Below are positions 16,969 through 24,830 of a stretch of DNA of 39,697 nucleotides, piece by piece. Source of the stretch: a virus (taxonomy: Duplodnaviria > Caudoviricetes). The notes under the pieces are model-generated. The model did no database searches. It was given only the letters and a program-made list of their open reading frames with translations, and was not told where the DNA came from. Location of the stretch: IMG/VR virus record IMGVR_UViG_3300022916_000588, positions 1 through 39,697 of that record; one strand, given 5' to 3'. The translations under genes and the position numbers were made by a program. The first letter of the stretch is position 1; each line of letters begins with the position of its first letter.

Positions 16969-17093
16969 AATGGTTTATAAATAAATATGAACTGATTTTA
17001 TTTATACTTACTGCCCTCAGTATAGCTTTTATGATCTTTTGTATGATCAGGCTTGCTAATAGTAATTTTGTACCAATATACTTAACTCAATAA
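16965..17093 (+). CDS. Small membrane protein (42 aa)
   Basis: MKWFINKYELILFILTALSIAFMIFCMIRL...; single TM helix; ends 1 nt before next ATG. Confidence 0.5.
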   Translation: MKWFINKYELILFILTALSIAFMIFCMIRLANSNFVPIYLTQ

Positions 17094-17094
17094 A

Positions 17095-17610
17095 ATGGAT
17101 AGACGATCATTTTTAAAATCCTCTTTTTTAGCTGGTGTGGCCACAGCCCTTCCATTAGGAGCTTTTGCATCCATTAACAAAATTCCAGAAATAAATAAGA
17201 TGCCTGAGGTGGGGGATGGGAAAGAAGCCAGTGTGCCTTTTGTAGATAGTGATAACACCTGTTATCTGTTGGACAAACATGGCGACTTCTTAGCAATAGG
17301 AAGTTCTGTGGCAATAACCTTTGACAGACAAATGATTGATGTATCCTCCCTTGAAGATGGATGGAACGATTCAGTACCGGGTCGTATGGAGTGGAATATT
17401 GAATTGAATGAGGTCAAGATATTAGAGGAAAAGAAATTGATTAAAAACTTTAAAGATTTTGAAAAATTAGAATGCGTGATTCAAAGAAATGATAATGGTT
17501 CAAAAATATTCTATAAAGGAGAAGGATTTGTTATTGATATAAGCTTCGCACCTCTTTCTGATTCATCCATAGTTCTAAAGGGCAGTGGAGCTTTAACATT
17601 TGAAAACTAA
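17095..17610 (+). CDS. Tat-signal protein with phage tail-tube (TP901-1-type major tail protein)-like domain
   Basis: MDRRSFLK + h-region + AFA is a twin-arginine signal. The mature part (SVAITFDRQMIDVSSLEDGWNDSVPGRMEWNIEL...YKGEGFVIDIS...IVLKGSGALTF) follows the tail-tube pattern and parallels the 28717-29163 protein. Confidence 0.75.
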   Translation: MDRRSFLKSSFLAGVATALPLGAFASINKIPEINKMPEVGDGKEASVPFVDSDNTCYLLDKHGDFLAIGSSVAITFDRQMIDVSSLEDGWNDSVPGRMEWNIELNEVKILEEKKLIKNFKDFEKLECVIQRNDNGSKIFYKGEGFVIDISFAPLSDSSIVLKGSGALTFEN

Positions 17611-17614
17611 AACA

Positions 17615-17890
17615 ATGGGAATTAAAATAAACTGGGAAAAGATAATTGGAATAATATTCATAATATTGTTAAGCTTCTTTATAATGTGTGGCTGTATGGA
17701 AAAAATAGAAATTCCAGAAGGAGGAAAAATGATTGGAATAAAGGTGGATGATGAAAGAGAAGAATGCTGGTTGCGAATAAGGTATTATGATTCCACAATA
17801 AATGATTTCGTTTATGAGTGGGAGGAAATGGAATGGCACCCATGTTTAATGGAACATGCCACAACCCATAGTAAAATTAAATGCCCATAA
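17615..17890 (+). CDS. Putative lipoprotein / membrane-anchored protein
   Basis: Hydrophobic IIGIIFIILLSFFIM followed by CGC (lipobox-like); start TTG 17600 or ATG 17615. Confidence 0.55.
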   Translation: MGIKINWEKIIGIIFIILLSFFIMCGCMEKIEIPEGGKMIGIKVDDEREECWLRIRYYDSTINDFVYEWEEMEWHPCLMEHATTHSKIKCP

Positions 17891-18771
17891 TGGAAAGGAA
17901 AAAGAAACCCATATCAAAACATGTAGATGCTATCTTATGCTCAGATATTCATTTAAGAGAAGACACCCCTGTTTGTAGAACAGATGACTTTCCACAAACC
18001 CAATGGAGGAAGATGAAATGGTTGCGTGATCTCCAACAAAAATATAATTGCCCTGTTTGGCATGGTGGAGATTTATTTCATCATTGGAAAACCAGCCCAA
18101 GCCTATTAACAGCAACCATGAATAATTTACCTAATTTATTTTGTACTGTTTATGGAAACCATGATCTGCCTCAACACAATATACAACTAAGTAGAAAAAG
18201 TGGTTTGTACACCTTATGGTTTGCTGAAAAACTTAAAACCTTTTTAGGCACCAACTGGGGTGGAGAGGTGTATGCTGATAGTGGAATAGAAGTAAATGGA
18301 AGGAGGATATTGATTTGGCATGTATTTACCTATCAAGGAAAAGAACCATGGCCGGGTTGCACTTCTCCAACAGGAAGTAAATTGTTAAGGAAATATCCAC
18401 AATTTGATTTAATACTTACTGGAGATAATCACAAGCCCTTTGTGGAAGAGCATAATGGGAGGTTGTTGGTAAATCCGGGATCACTTATGAGACAAAGAGC
18501 TTCCGAATCTCATAAGCCCCGGATTTATTTGTACCACTCTTTAGATAACACTGTCACTCCTGTTTATGTTCCTATTGATGAGGGTGTTATAACAATAGAG
18601 CATTTAGAAAAGAAGAAACAACGAGATGGGAGGATTGATGCTTTCATAAGTAAGTTGAATGATGACTGGGAAAGCTCTCTGAGTTTTGAAGAAAATTTAA
18701 AACGATTTATTGAAAAAAATAAAACAGATAAAAAGGTTGTTGATATTATAATGAACTCAATAAGCATATGA
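17881..18771 (+). CDS. sbcD: SbcD/Mre11-like metallophosphoesterase nuclease
   Basis: SDIH, GGDLFH, GNHD, WH, GDNH, NPGS motifs. Confidence 0.9.
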   Translation: MPIMERKKKPISKHVDAILCSDIHLREDTPVCRTDDFPQTQWRKMKWLRDLQQKYNCPVWHGGDLFHHWKTSPSLLTATMNNLPNLFCTVYGNHDLPQHNIQLSRKSGLYTLWFAEKLKTFLGTNWGGEVYADSGIEVNGRRILIWHVFTYQGKEPWPGCTSPTGSKLLRKYPQFDLILTGDNHKPFVEEHNGRLLVNPGSLMRQRASESHKPRIYLYHSLDNTVTPVYVPIDEGVITIEHLEKKKQRDGRIDAFISKLNDDWESSLSFEENLKRFIEKNKTDKKVVDIIMNSISI

Positions 18772-18932
18772 TGGAAAATTTAATATGGATTATAGTTATA
18801 TCCGCTGGATGTGGAGTTATCATGTATGCTTTCTTTATGTGGATATGTACCAAAAGAAGAAGGCACACAGGTTTTGATTCTAATTTAATAGATTACATTG
18901 AAAAAAGAAGACATGGAAAGAAAACAAAATAA
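18768..18932 (+). CDS. Small membrane protein (54 aa)
   Basis: MMENLIWIIVISAGCGVIMYAFFMWICTKRRR...; TM helix then basic residues; ATGA-coupled. Confidence 0.45.
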   Translation: MMENLIWIIVISAGCGVIMYAFFMWICTKRRRHTGFDSNLIDYIEKRRHGKKTK

Positions 18933-19161
18933 TGCTTCCAAATTACTAGAGTACAAAAAGAAAATTGAAGAAGCCGAAGCCCTTGTTAATGAGCTTAATG
19001 GAAAAGCAAAGCATCTAAAAGAGGAGCTTACAAATGTATGGCAATGTTCTACTGTTAAAGAAGCTAAGAACAAGCTGGAGGAAATAAATGAGTCAATTGA
19101 TACCCTCCAAGAAGAAATTGACAGTGAAATGGAACTGCTTGAAAAAGAATATGACTTATGA
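18913..19161 (+). CDS. Coiled-coil protein, possibly part of split SbcC
   Basis: Heptad-rich E/K/L sequence, ATGA-coupled to the SbcC C-half. Confidence 0.6.
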   Translation: MERKQNNASKLLEYKKKIEEAEALVNELNGKAKHLKEELTNVWQCSTVKEAKNKLEEINESIDTLQEEIDSEMELLEKEYDL

Positions 19162-19769
19162 ACATAACTGAATTAAGGAATAAACTGGAACGATTCAAAG
19201 GGCAAAAAGCTCAGGTGCAGAAATCTTTACAGGAAACCAAAGAAGTGCTTACTGCTAAAGAAGATGAACTGGACTTAACTATACAAGCTCGTGAAATCCT
19301 AAAACAAGTTGGTTTAAAAACTCAGGAGCAATTACAATACCATATTGGCGATATAACTTCTCTGGCTTTGGGTGCTATCTTTGAAGATGATCCTTATGAA
19401 TTAAAAGTGTCCTTTGTCCAAAGAAGAAATAAGACAGAATGTGATCTATTGTTTGTGAGGAATGATAATGAAATACGGCCCATAGACTCCTCTGGAGGAG
19501 GGGCAGTGGATGTTGCCTCATTTGCCCTACGGGTCGCAAGTTGGAGTATGAAACACCCTAAAACAAGAAACACAATAATACTAGATGAACCCATGAGATT
19601 CTTATCTGAGGACCGTCAGGAACAAGCTAGTAAAATCATAAAAGAAATTAGTCAAAAACTAGGAATCCAATTCATAATAATAACACATGAACCTAATCTA
19701 GCAATACATGCTGATAAGATTTTTGAAGTTAAGATAAGGAAAGGAGTCAGTAAATTAAATAACAAATAA
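19158..19769 (+). CDS. sbcC: SbcC/Rad50-like ATPase, C-terminal half
   Basis: Coiled coil, ABC signature SSGGG, Walker B/D-loop IILDEPMRFL, H-loop IITH, ADKIFEV. Confidence 0.88.
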   Translation: MNITELRNKLERFKGQKAQVQKSLQETKEVLTAKEDELDLTIQAREILKQVGLKTQEQLQYHIGDITSLALGAIFEDDPYELKVSFVQRRNKTECDLLFVRNDNEIRPIDSSGGGAVDVASFALRVASWSMKHPKTRNTIILDEPMRFLSEDRQEQASKIIKEISQKLGIQFIIITHEPNLAIHADKIFEVKIRKGVSKLNNK

Positions 19770-19771
19770 TT

Positions 19772-19990
19772 ATGAATAAATTTGAAATCACATCACCAGA
19801 CACCAACGAATTAAGCTGGTCTGAATTACCAGCTGGAACTCTTATTACTAATGAACATGATCAATTACTAATGAAACTCAAAAGTGGTTATGATTATACA
19901 GTCGTTAGTTTAATTTCTGGCATTGTTCAGCAATACCCGCCATCTGTATTCACAGTTCTACCAAAAGGAACAACCATTAAATTATTGTAG
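19772..19990 (+). CDS. Hypothetical protein
   Basis: 72-aa ORF in operon-like spacing. Confidence 0.55.
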   Translation: MNKFEITSPDTNELSWSELPAGTLITNEHDQLLMKLKSGYDYTVVSLISGIVQQYPPSVFTVLPKGTTIKLL

Positions 19991-19993
19991 ATT

Positions 19994-20212
19994 ATGGCAA
20001 GTATGACCGACAGTAAAGATTTCATAACTTGGTTTTTAGATATGTTTAATATTCCTCATAAAGGTTTGCGTATTCGTAAAATAGAAATGAAAGCAGAAGT
20101 GAATGATGTAGTCACTCTAAATATCACCTACTTCCTAACTGACCAAACAGATAAGCTGATAACAAAGAAATATAAAGTGCTTGAATTAGAGGAAGATGAC
20201 AAAGACATTTAA
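19994..20212 (+). CDS. Hypothetical protein
   Basis: 72-aa ORF in operon-like spacing. Confidence 0.55.
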   Translation: MASMTDSKDFITWFLDMFNIPHKGLRIRKIEMKAEVNDVVTLNITYFLTDQTDKLITKKYKVLELEEDDKDI

Positions 20213-20576
20213 AACTTTTGCCCAGCCAGAGGTTGCTTTTTTCAAACTTAGTACAGGAATGTATTATATTGTTTTGGTGGATGTTACTTCCAAAGGATAT
20301 ACAAAGAAAGTGCCCCAGCTAATAAACATGGCTGGGGCAGGATTTTGTAGATTTGCTTATGCTTTTTTTAAAGAACTTCTTGAGCATAATCTTATTCTAA
20401 AAACTCATGTAATGGAAGGTGGAGCAGTATATGTTCCTGCTAAATGCTGTTTGGTAGATTCTGACAATGAATTGATTCTTTTATTTAGCAAAAAGAAGAA
20501 GCCCTTCGATAACAACAAGGCTTGTAGGGATAAAAAACCATGGGCTTGTAATCCCTTTCAAAACCCTCTTCCATAA
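20196..20576 (+). CDS. Hypothetical protein (last gene of + arm)
   Basis: 126 aa with GAGG upstream; 3' end overlaps the convergent gene. Confidence 0.55.
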   Translation: MTKTFKTFAQPEVAFFKLSTGMYYIVLVDVTSKGYTKKVPQLINMAGAGFCRFAYAFFKELLEHNLILKTHVMEGGAVYVPAKCCLVDSDNELILLFSKKKKPFDNNKACRDKKPWACNPFQNPLP

Positions 20577-20876
20577 AGGTGGGTCAACTAACTTCTCTAA
20601 TTCATCTATACAATCTGATAAATCATAACGAAGTTGGGCCATTACAGAATCCTGTAATTGAATGACTCCTTCTAAATGAAGTATGTACATATACCGGGCG
20701 GCCAATAGGCTGTCTTTGTCCTCTAATATATGATGGAGGTGCGAAGAAGTTGCTTCACAACTGTCCAATCTTAAAACATCCTTCATTAAAGCTTTCCAAT
20801 CAATTCCCGTACCTGTCTGACAGATAGCTGTATGCGCTGTCATCACTAATATTATCAACACTATTAATTTTTTCAT
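20481..20876 (-). CDS. Spanin-like lysis accessory protein (signal peptide, coiled coil, C-terminal TM)
   Basis: MKKLIVLIILVMTAHTAIC-Q signal, helical middle, WFFIPTSLVVIEGLLLFAK tail; last gene of lysis cassette, overlaps upstream gene. Confidence 0.55.
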   Translation of the reverse strand: MKKLIVLIILVMTAHTAICQTGTGIDWKALMKDVLRLDSCEATSSHLHHILEDKDSLLAARYMYILHLEGVIQLQDSVMAQLRYDLSDCIDELEKLVDPPLWKRVLKGITSPWFFIPTSLVVIEGLLLFAK

Positions 20877-21135
20877 ACCACCATTTTTGCGCTTGTTCAT
20901 ACTTAACAATCTCATCATTTATTTTCTTCTTTAATCGTATGGTATCCAAGGTGTGTTCAATACGTTCTAAACGATATAATTTTTGAATAGAATCCTGAGC
21001 AGAGGTTGAAAGCTCTAAACGATGTTCTAAGCGTTTCAACTTAGCTTTTGACCCTTTATACCAGTCTATCCCGTAAAAAGTAAAGACAACTACAATAATG
21101 ACCAGAAAACCAATAAAAATTTTACTCTTTTTCAT
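20800..21135 (-). CDS. Inner-membrane spanin-like protein
   Basis: N-terminal TM (IFIGFLVIIVVVFTFYGI) plus coiled coil, directly after the holin. Confidence 0.55.
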   Translation of the reverse strand: MKKSKIFIGFLVIIVVVFTFYGIDWYKGSKAKLKRLEHRLELSTSAQDSIQKLYRLERIEHTLDTIRLKKKINDEIVKYEQAQKWWYEKINSVDNISDDSAYSYLSDRYGN

Positions 21136-21347
21136 TAGTCTGTTCTTTTTTCACCCCAAATCTTTTGAGTGACTTTACCTCCTACAAATACTAACATGAA
21201 GGCACCCATACCATACCAATCAATTGTATCACCTTTGCTGGCTCGTATGATTGCTATTATGAAAACTGCTAATCCAGCAAACACTAACATAATTCTCATG
21301 GTACTTGATTTTGTACCCTCTTTCCAAAAATCCCAAAATTTACTCAT
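21135..21347 (-). CDS. Holin (2 TM)
   Basis: 70 aa, two hydrophobic helices, SSTMR and GGKVTQK charged ends, adjacent to endolysin. Confidence 0.7.
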   Translation of the reverse strand: MSKFWDFWKEGTKSSTMRIMLVFAGLAVFIIAIIRASKGDTIDWYGMGAFMLVFVGGKVTQKIWGEKRTD

Positions 21348-21359
21348 AACATTTATTTT

Positions 21360-21926
21360 TTAAACCATTTCTTCAAATCTGTTAATAATTAAAGCCAGCT
21401 CAGAAGCTAAACATCGTTTCCAATATTCATACTGGATCATGTCTTTTGGATTGTCAATGAATCCGAGTTCTAATAAACACACAGTGCCTTGTTCTCTCAT
21501 GAGTCCTAATTTACCCCTGTGGGAATCAGTTTCTGTCTTTACTCCTCTGTTTGGAATCTTTAAGATATGTGATGTTTTGTTTACTATCTCTTTAGCAAAT
21601 GCCTTATCCAATCGGTCAGCGTCATTTCCTATTAAAACAGTACATCCAGAAGCAATCCCATTAAAAGCATCAAAATGGAATTCAATAACAACTGATCCAT
21701 CTCCTGTTTTAATCCTCCTTAGATAGTCACCCAACCTCTCATCATCCTGATCCATTATTATCTTTTTCGGGATAATGTTTTGTTGGCTCAAACTAACTAA
21801 TGCTTCATACATTAAATTTCTGAATTCAATAGCTTTGTCACACTCCCTGATACCATCTTTATTGACTGCACCTGAGTCAGGTCTGATCCCCTTGGGATTA
21901 TGACCCGCACTTAAAAAGATAGTCAT
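21360..21926 (-). CDS. Endolysin, N-acetylmuramoyl-L-alanine amidase (Amidase_3)
   Basis: IFLSAGH, DSGAV..E, IEFHFDA, LLELGFIDNPKD Zn-amidase motifs. Confidence 0.92.
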   Translation of the reverse strand: MTIFLSAGHNPKGIRPDSGAVNKDGIRECDKAIEFRNLMYEALVSLSQQNIIPKKIIMDQDDERLGDYLRRIKTGDGSVVIEFHFDAFNGIASGCTVLIGNDADRLDKAFAKEIVNKTSHILKIPNRGVKTETDSHRGKLGLMREQGTVCLLELGFIDNPKDMIQYEYWKRCLASELALIINRFEEMV

Positions 21927-22387
21927 TACATAAATGGTTCATAAGTTGTAATAAAAATAATACAGAAACAAGCAAATACAAATAGAAATATTCGCATAGT
22001 GGGTTCATTCATTTCCTTCATAAACTTATTAGCAGGGTGGCTATCTACTCCCATCCAAAATCCTTTATATGAATCAGGCTTCCATTTATTTCTAGTGGTG
22101 TAATAGAATCCGTCATGAATAGGGATATAGAAGAAAAGACAAGCCAGTGCTTCTAATAAAAAATAATACCAAGGGATGTCCAAGAGTCCTTGAATAACTG
22201 AAATAGAAACTAAGAAAAGCAAAAGCAAATTCCTAGCTATATACACAGGGTGCATAAAGTTAACAGCCGCTGTGCTTTTCTTGTTAAGCTTAAAATGATC
22301 CAATGTGCCCTCTGTGGTGGCAAAAAGGAAATAAAGACCACAACTACATGTGATCAAAACTAATGATGTTAAAATTGATAAAATCAT
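21926..22387 (-). CDS. Multi-pass membrane protein
   Basis: About four hydrophobic segments; coupled to endolysin start. Confidence 0.65.
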   Translation of the reverse strand: MILSILTSLVLITCSCGLYFLFATTEGTLDHFKLNKKSTAAVNFMHPVYIARNLLLLFLVSISVIQGLLDIPWYYFLLEALACLFFYIPIHDGFYYTTRNKWKPDSYKGFWMGVDSHPANKFMKEMNEPTMRIFLFVFACFCIIFITTYEPFM

Positions 22388-22417
22388 AACTTTGTTTTTA
22401 TATGATTGATAAAAAAT

Positions 22418-22813
22418 TTAATGATTCAATTGATGGTTCCGAATCTCTCTTAATTGTGTTTGAACTTTAATTTGGTCTTGCTTCCAAAATTCCATAAAGA
22501 TTTCATCTTTTTCATTAGACACATTAACATAATATGTTAAAGAATCCAAAGTGCCTTTCATGATAATAAAATTATATTTATCGGCTTTCTCGATTTCCAA
22601 ATTTGTAATACGCAATGTTTGTAAAGAATCAATAGTGCAATTATTTAATATTGCTTTTCGGTTACTTTCCACAGCTTCTGCTTTCTGTATACTCCATTGG
22701 AATTTAGAAATGGCTGATCCAACTAGGATAGATATCAAAACAACAGCTAATTTAACAGTAGCGGATTCAAATATTTTTGTCCATCTAGTTTCTTTTTGGG
22801 TTTTAGTTTCCAT
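22418..22813 (-). CDS. Membrane-anchored coiled-coil protein
   Basis: Single TM (LAVVLISILVGSAI) plus helical C-terminus. Confidence 0.6.
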   Translation of the reverse strand: METKTQKETRWTKIFESATVKLAVVLISILVGSAISKFQWSIQKAEAVESNRKAILNNCTIDSLQTLRITNLEIEKADKYNFIIMKGTLDSLTYYVNVSNEKDEIFMEFWKQDQIKVQTQLREIRNHQLNH

Positions 22814-22826
22814 ATAGTTTTTTTGA

Positions 22827-24830
22827 TTAGTTAACTCTTTTTAATGTTCCTGAATCATCCCAAATGGCCCCAGCTGGTAATCCTGAAACACTTGTTGGTA
22901 CATCCAACAGCACATTGCCATCTTTGTCTATGTTAATTTTGTTATTCAATAATTGTAAATTTTCCACAGCACTACCTAACCCATCACCCCAATCAAAGCT
23001 CAATTTGTTTTTCCCTTCAGATACTGTTATGTATGTTCTATATTCTGCCACCTCAAACCATTCACCATTCCAAGAATCTGTTTGGGCTGAAAATACTCCT
23101 CCTCCAAACACCCATAACTTACTATTATAATTCAAACTATTCCTAGCCATCATTGTTCCTACAATAGCACCCTGCATCACTGCTCGAGCTTCTCTTTGCC
23201 CTGCCAATATTTCCAACACCAATAACTTAGTCATAGAATAGGCTGTACCAGAAGCAGCATGCTTCCAAGCATTGGCTCTGGACCAAGTTACTAAATCAGA
23301 AGAAACTTGCATTGCTCCACTATATATTAAATCACCATCCCCTATTATAAGCGCACCATGATCTAAAATATAACTGTTTACAGCATTTCCTCCTCCATCC
23401 TTATTGGTGGCAGCAAAGTCAGAATTTTCAAATAACCCATCAGCAGTTTGATATCTTAATTTAAAATCTTGACAAAAATAATCACAGGTGGCTAATCCCT
23501 TTAATGTATATGAATTGCCATCAGGAATATCTATGTAATCATCAAAGTCCAATTCAAAAGTAACTTCTCCCGAATCAGGTAAAACAGGAGCTGTAAAAGC
23601 AAAAGCTATATTATTTTTTTTGGTTGCCCTTCCTAGTTGGTATGAGTAGATTGTAAAACGTGAAGCTGAGTCTGTAGACCATCCAGATACACCAGTTCTA
23701 TTATCTCCCAACAAATAGTAATCCGTACCTAAATCACCATCCAATTTAAGTGTTAATTTATAAACAGCTTGGAACAAATCATCTGGGTCACCAGAATCAT
23801 ATACATAATCAATTCGGATCATCCCTCTGAAACTCAATATTCCAGTATCTAATAATTGACCAACAGAAACTGCGGTTTCATAACTAATGGCGGGAGGCAA
23901 TAAATCAGTTATTGCTTTGTAATTATATTGAGCCAATACTTTTTGTAAAGGAGGATAATGCCTGTTTTGGATAGTAGCTTTTAGAGCTTCAGCGGCTTGT
24001 GTTATGGATACACGGAAGTCAGTGGTGGCATTACCTTGTAGTGTACCCGACTTATCAAACACTCTGGTATAACTAGATGTGTCCGCATAGTTATTGATTT
24101 GTAGCACGTTAAAACACCCATCTGACTGTATAATTCTAGCACCCCAAGCTTTACAAATCTGCCTCAGGGCTTCCATACAAGAAATTGCTTCATACGTTTC
24201 CAATTCCTGATTCTTTTCATTAAATACAGTTGAATAAACTTTACTGTATGCCAATGGGTCTTTTGCTTGAACTCGTGATGGATGAGCACTGTCCCACCAA
24301 TCTACAGAAGTGAATAAGAAATCATCTGTTGCTCCCCAAAAAGCTTGTAATCCAGTTTTAGCTAAAATCCTATTCAGATGAGTTATAAAAGTAACCGAAT
24401 CTGTATAAACAGTTCCTGAATTGTCATATGGTATTTCTTCTAATATAGCCAAATCAGTAGCTGTTATTTTAAACCTTCTTGGACGGGGCTCATTAAGTTC
24501 TTCAACTAAATCAGTTAACACCCAACCTGCCCAAAACAAATTGTTATTCTTATAAATCAAAATAGCAAATCTTTTTTCATCAGCTCCTAATATATCACTA
24601 ATTAAAGAGCTGAAAGCCACCGTTTCATTTAAAGCATGTATAACCACTTCTGATCCAAATAGCTCATTAAAACGTTCACTACCTTCTGATGGGTAGTTTA
24701 TATTGAAGCCCGGTGACTCTGTTTTAAAAGTAGTTGCTGATCCAGTATAGTCAGCATCCCATAAATCAATCCTCCAACGAACTCCTTTTATTTTGCTATA
24801 AACAGTGCTAGTATATCTTACATCACTCAT
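22827..24830 (-). CDS. Tail tip/hub structural protein
   Basis: 667 aa directly after the tape measure gene; beta-rich; LFWAGWV...KITATDL hub-like segment; C-terminal VPTSVSGLPAGAIWDDSGTLK. Confidence 0.7.
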   Translation of the reverse strand: MSDVRYTSTVYSKIKGVRWRIDLWDADYTGSATTFKTESPGFNINYPSEGSERFNELFGSEVVIHALNETVAFSSLISDILGADEKRFAILIYKNNNLFWAGWVLTDLVEELNEPRPRRFKITATDLAILEEIPYDNSGTVYTDSVTFITHLNRILAKTGLQAFWGATDDFLFTSVDWWDSAHPSRVQAKDPLAYSKVYSTVFNEKNQELETYEAISCMEALRQICKAWGARIIQSDGCFNVLQINNYADTSSYTRVFDKSGTLQGNATTDFRVSITQAAEALKATIQNRHYPPLQKVLAQYNYKAITDLLPPAISYETAVSVGQLLDTGILSFRGMIRIDYVYDSGDPDDLFQAVYKLTLKLDGDLGTDYYLLGDNRTGVSGWSTDSASRFTIYSYQLGRATKKNNIAFAFTAPVLPDSGEVTFELDFDDYIDIPDGNSYTLKGLATCDYFCQDFKLRYQTADGLFENSDFAATNKDGGGNAVNSYILDHGALIIGDGDLIYSGAMQVSSDLVTWSRANAWKHAASGTAYSMTKLLVLEILAGQREARAVMQGAIVGTMMARNSLNYNSKLWVFGGGVFSAQTDSWNGEWFEVAEYRTYITVSEGKNKLSFDWGDGLGSAVENLQLLNNKINIDKDGNVLLDVPTSVSGLPAGAIWDDSGTLKRVN

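Noticed and set aside
213-19594. Numerous 60-180 aa - strand ORFs within the + arm, and + strand ORFs within the structural arm
   Set aside because: They lie antisense to well-supported genes and show no motifs or RBS
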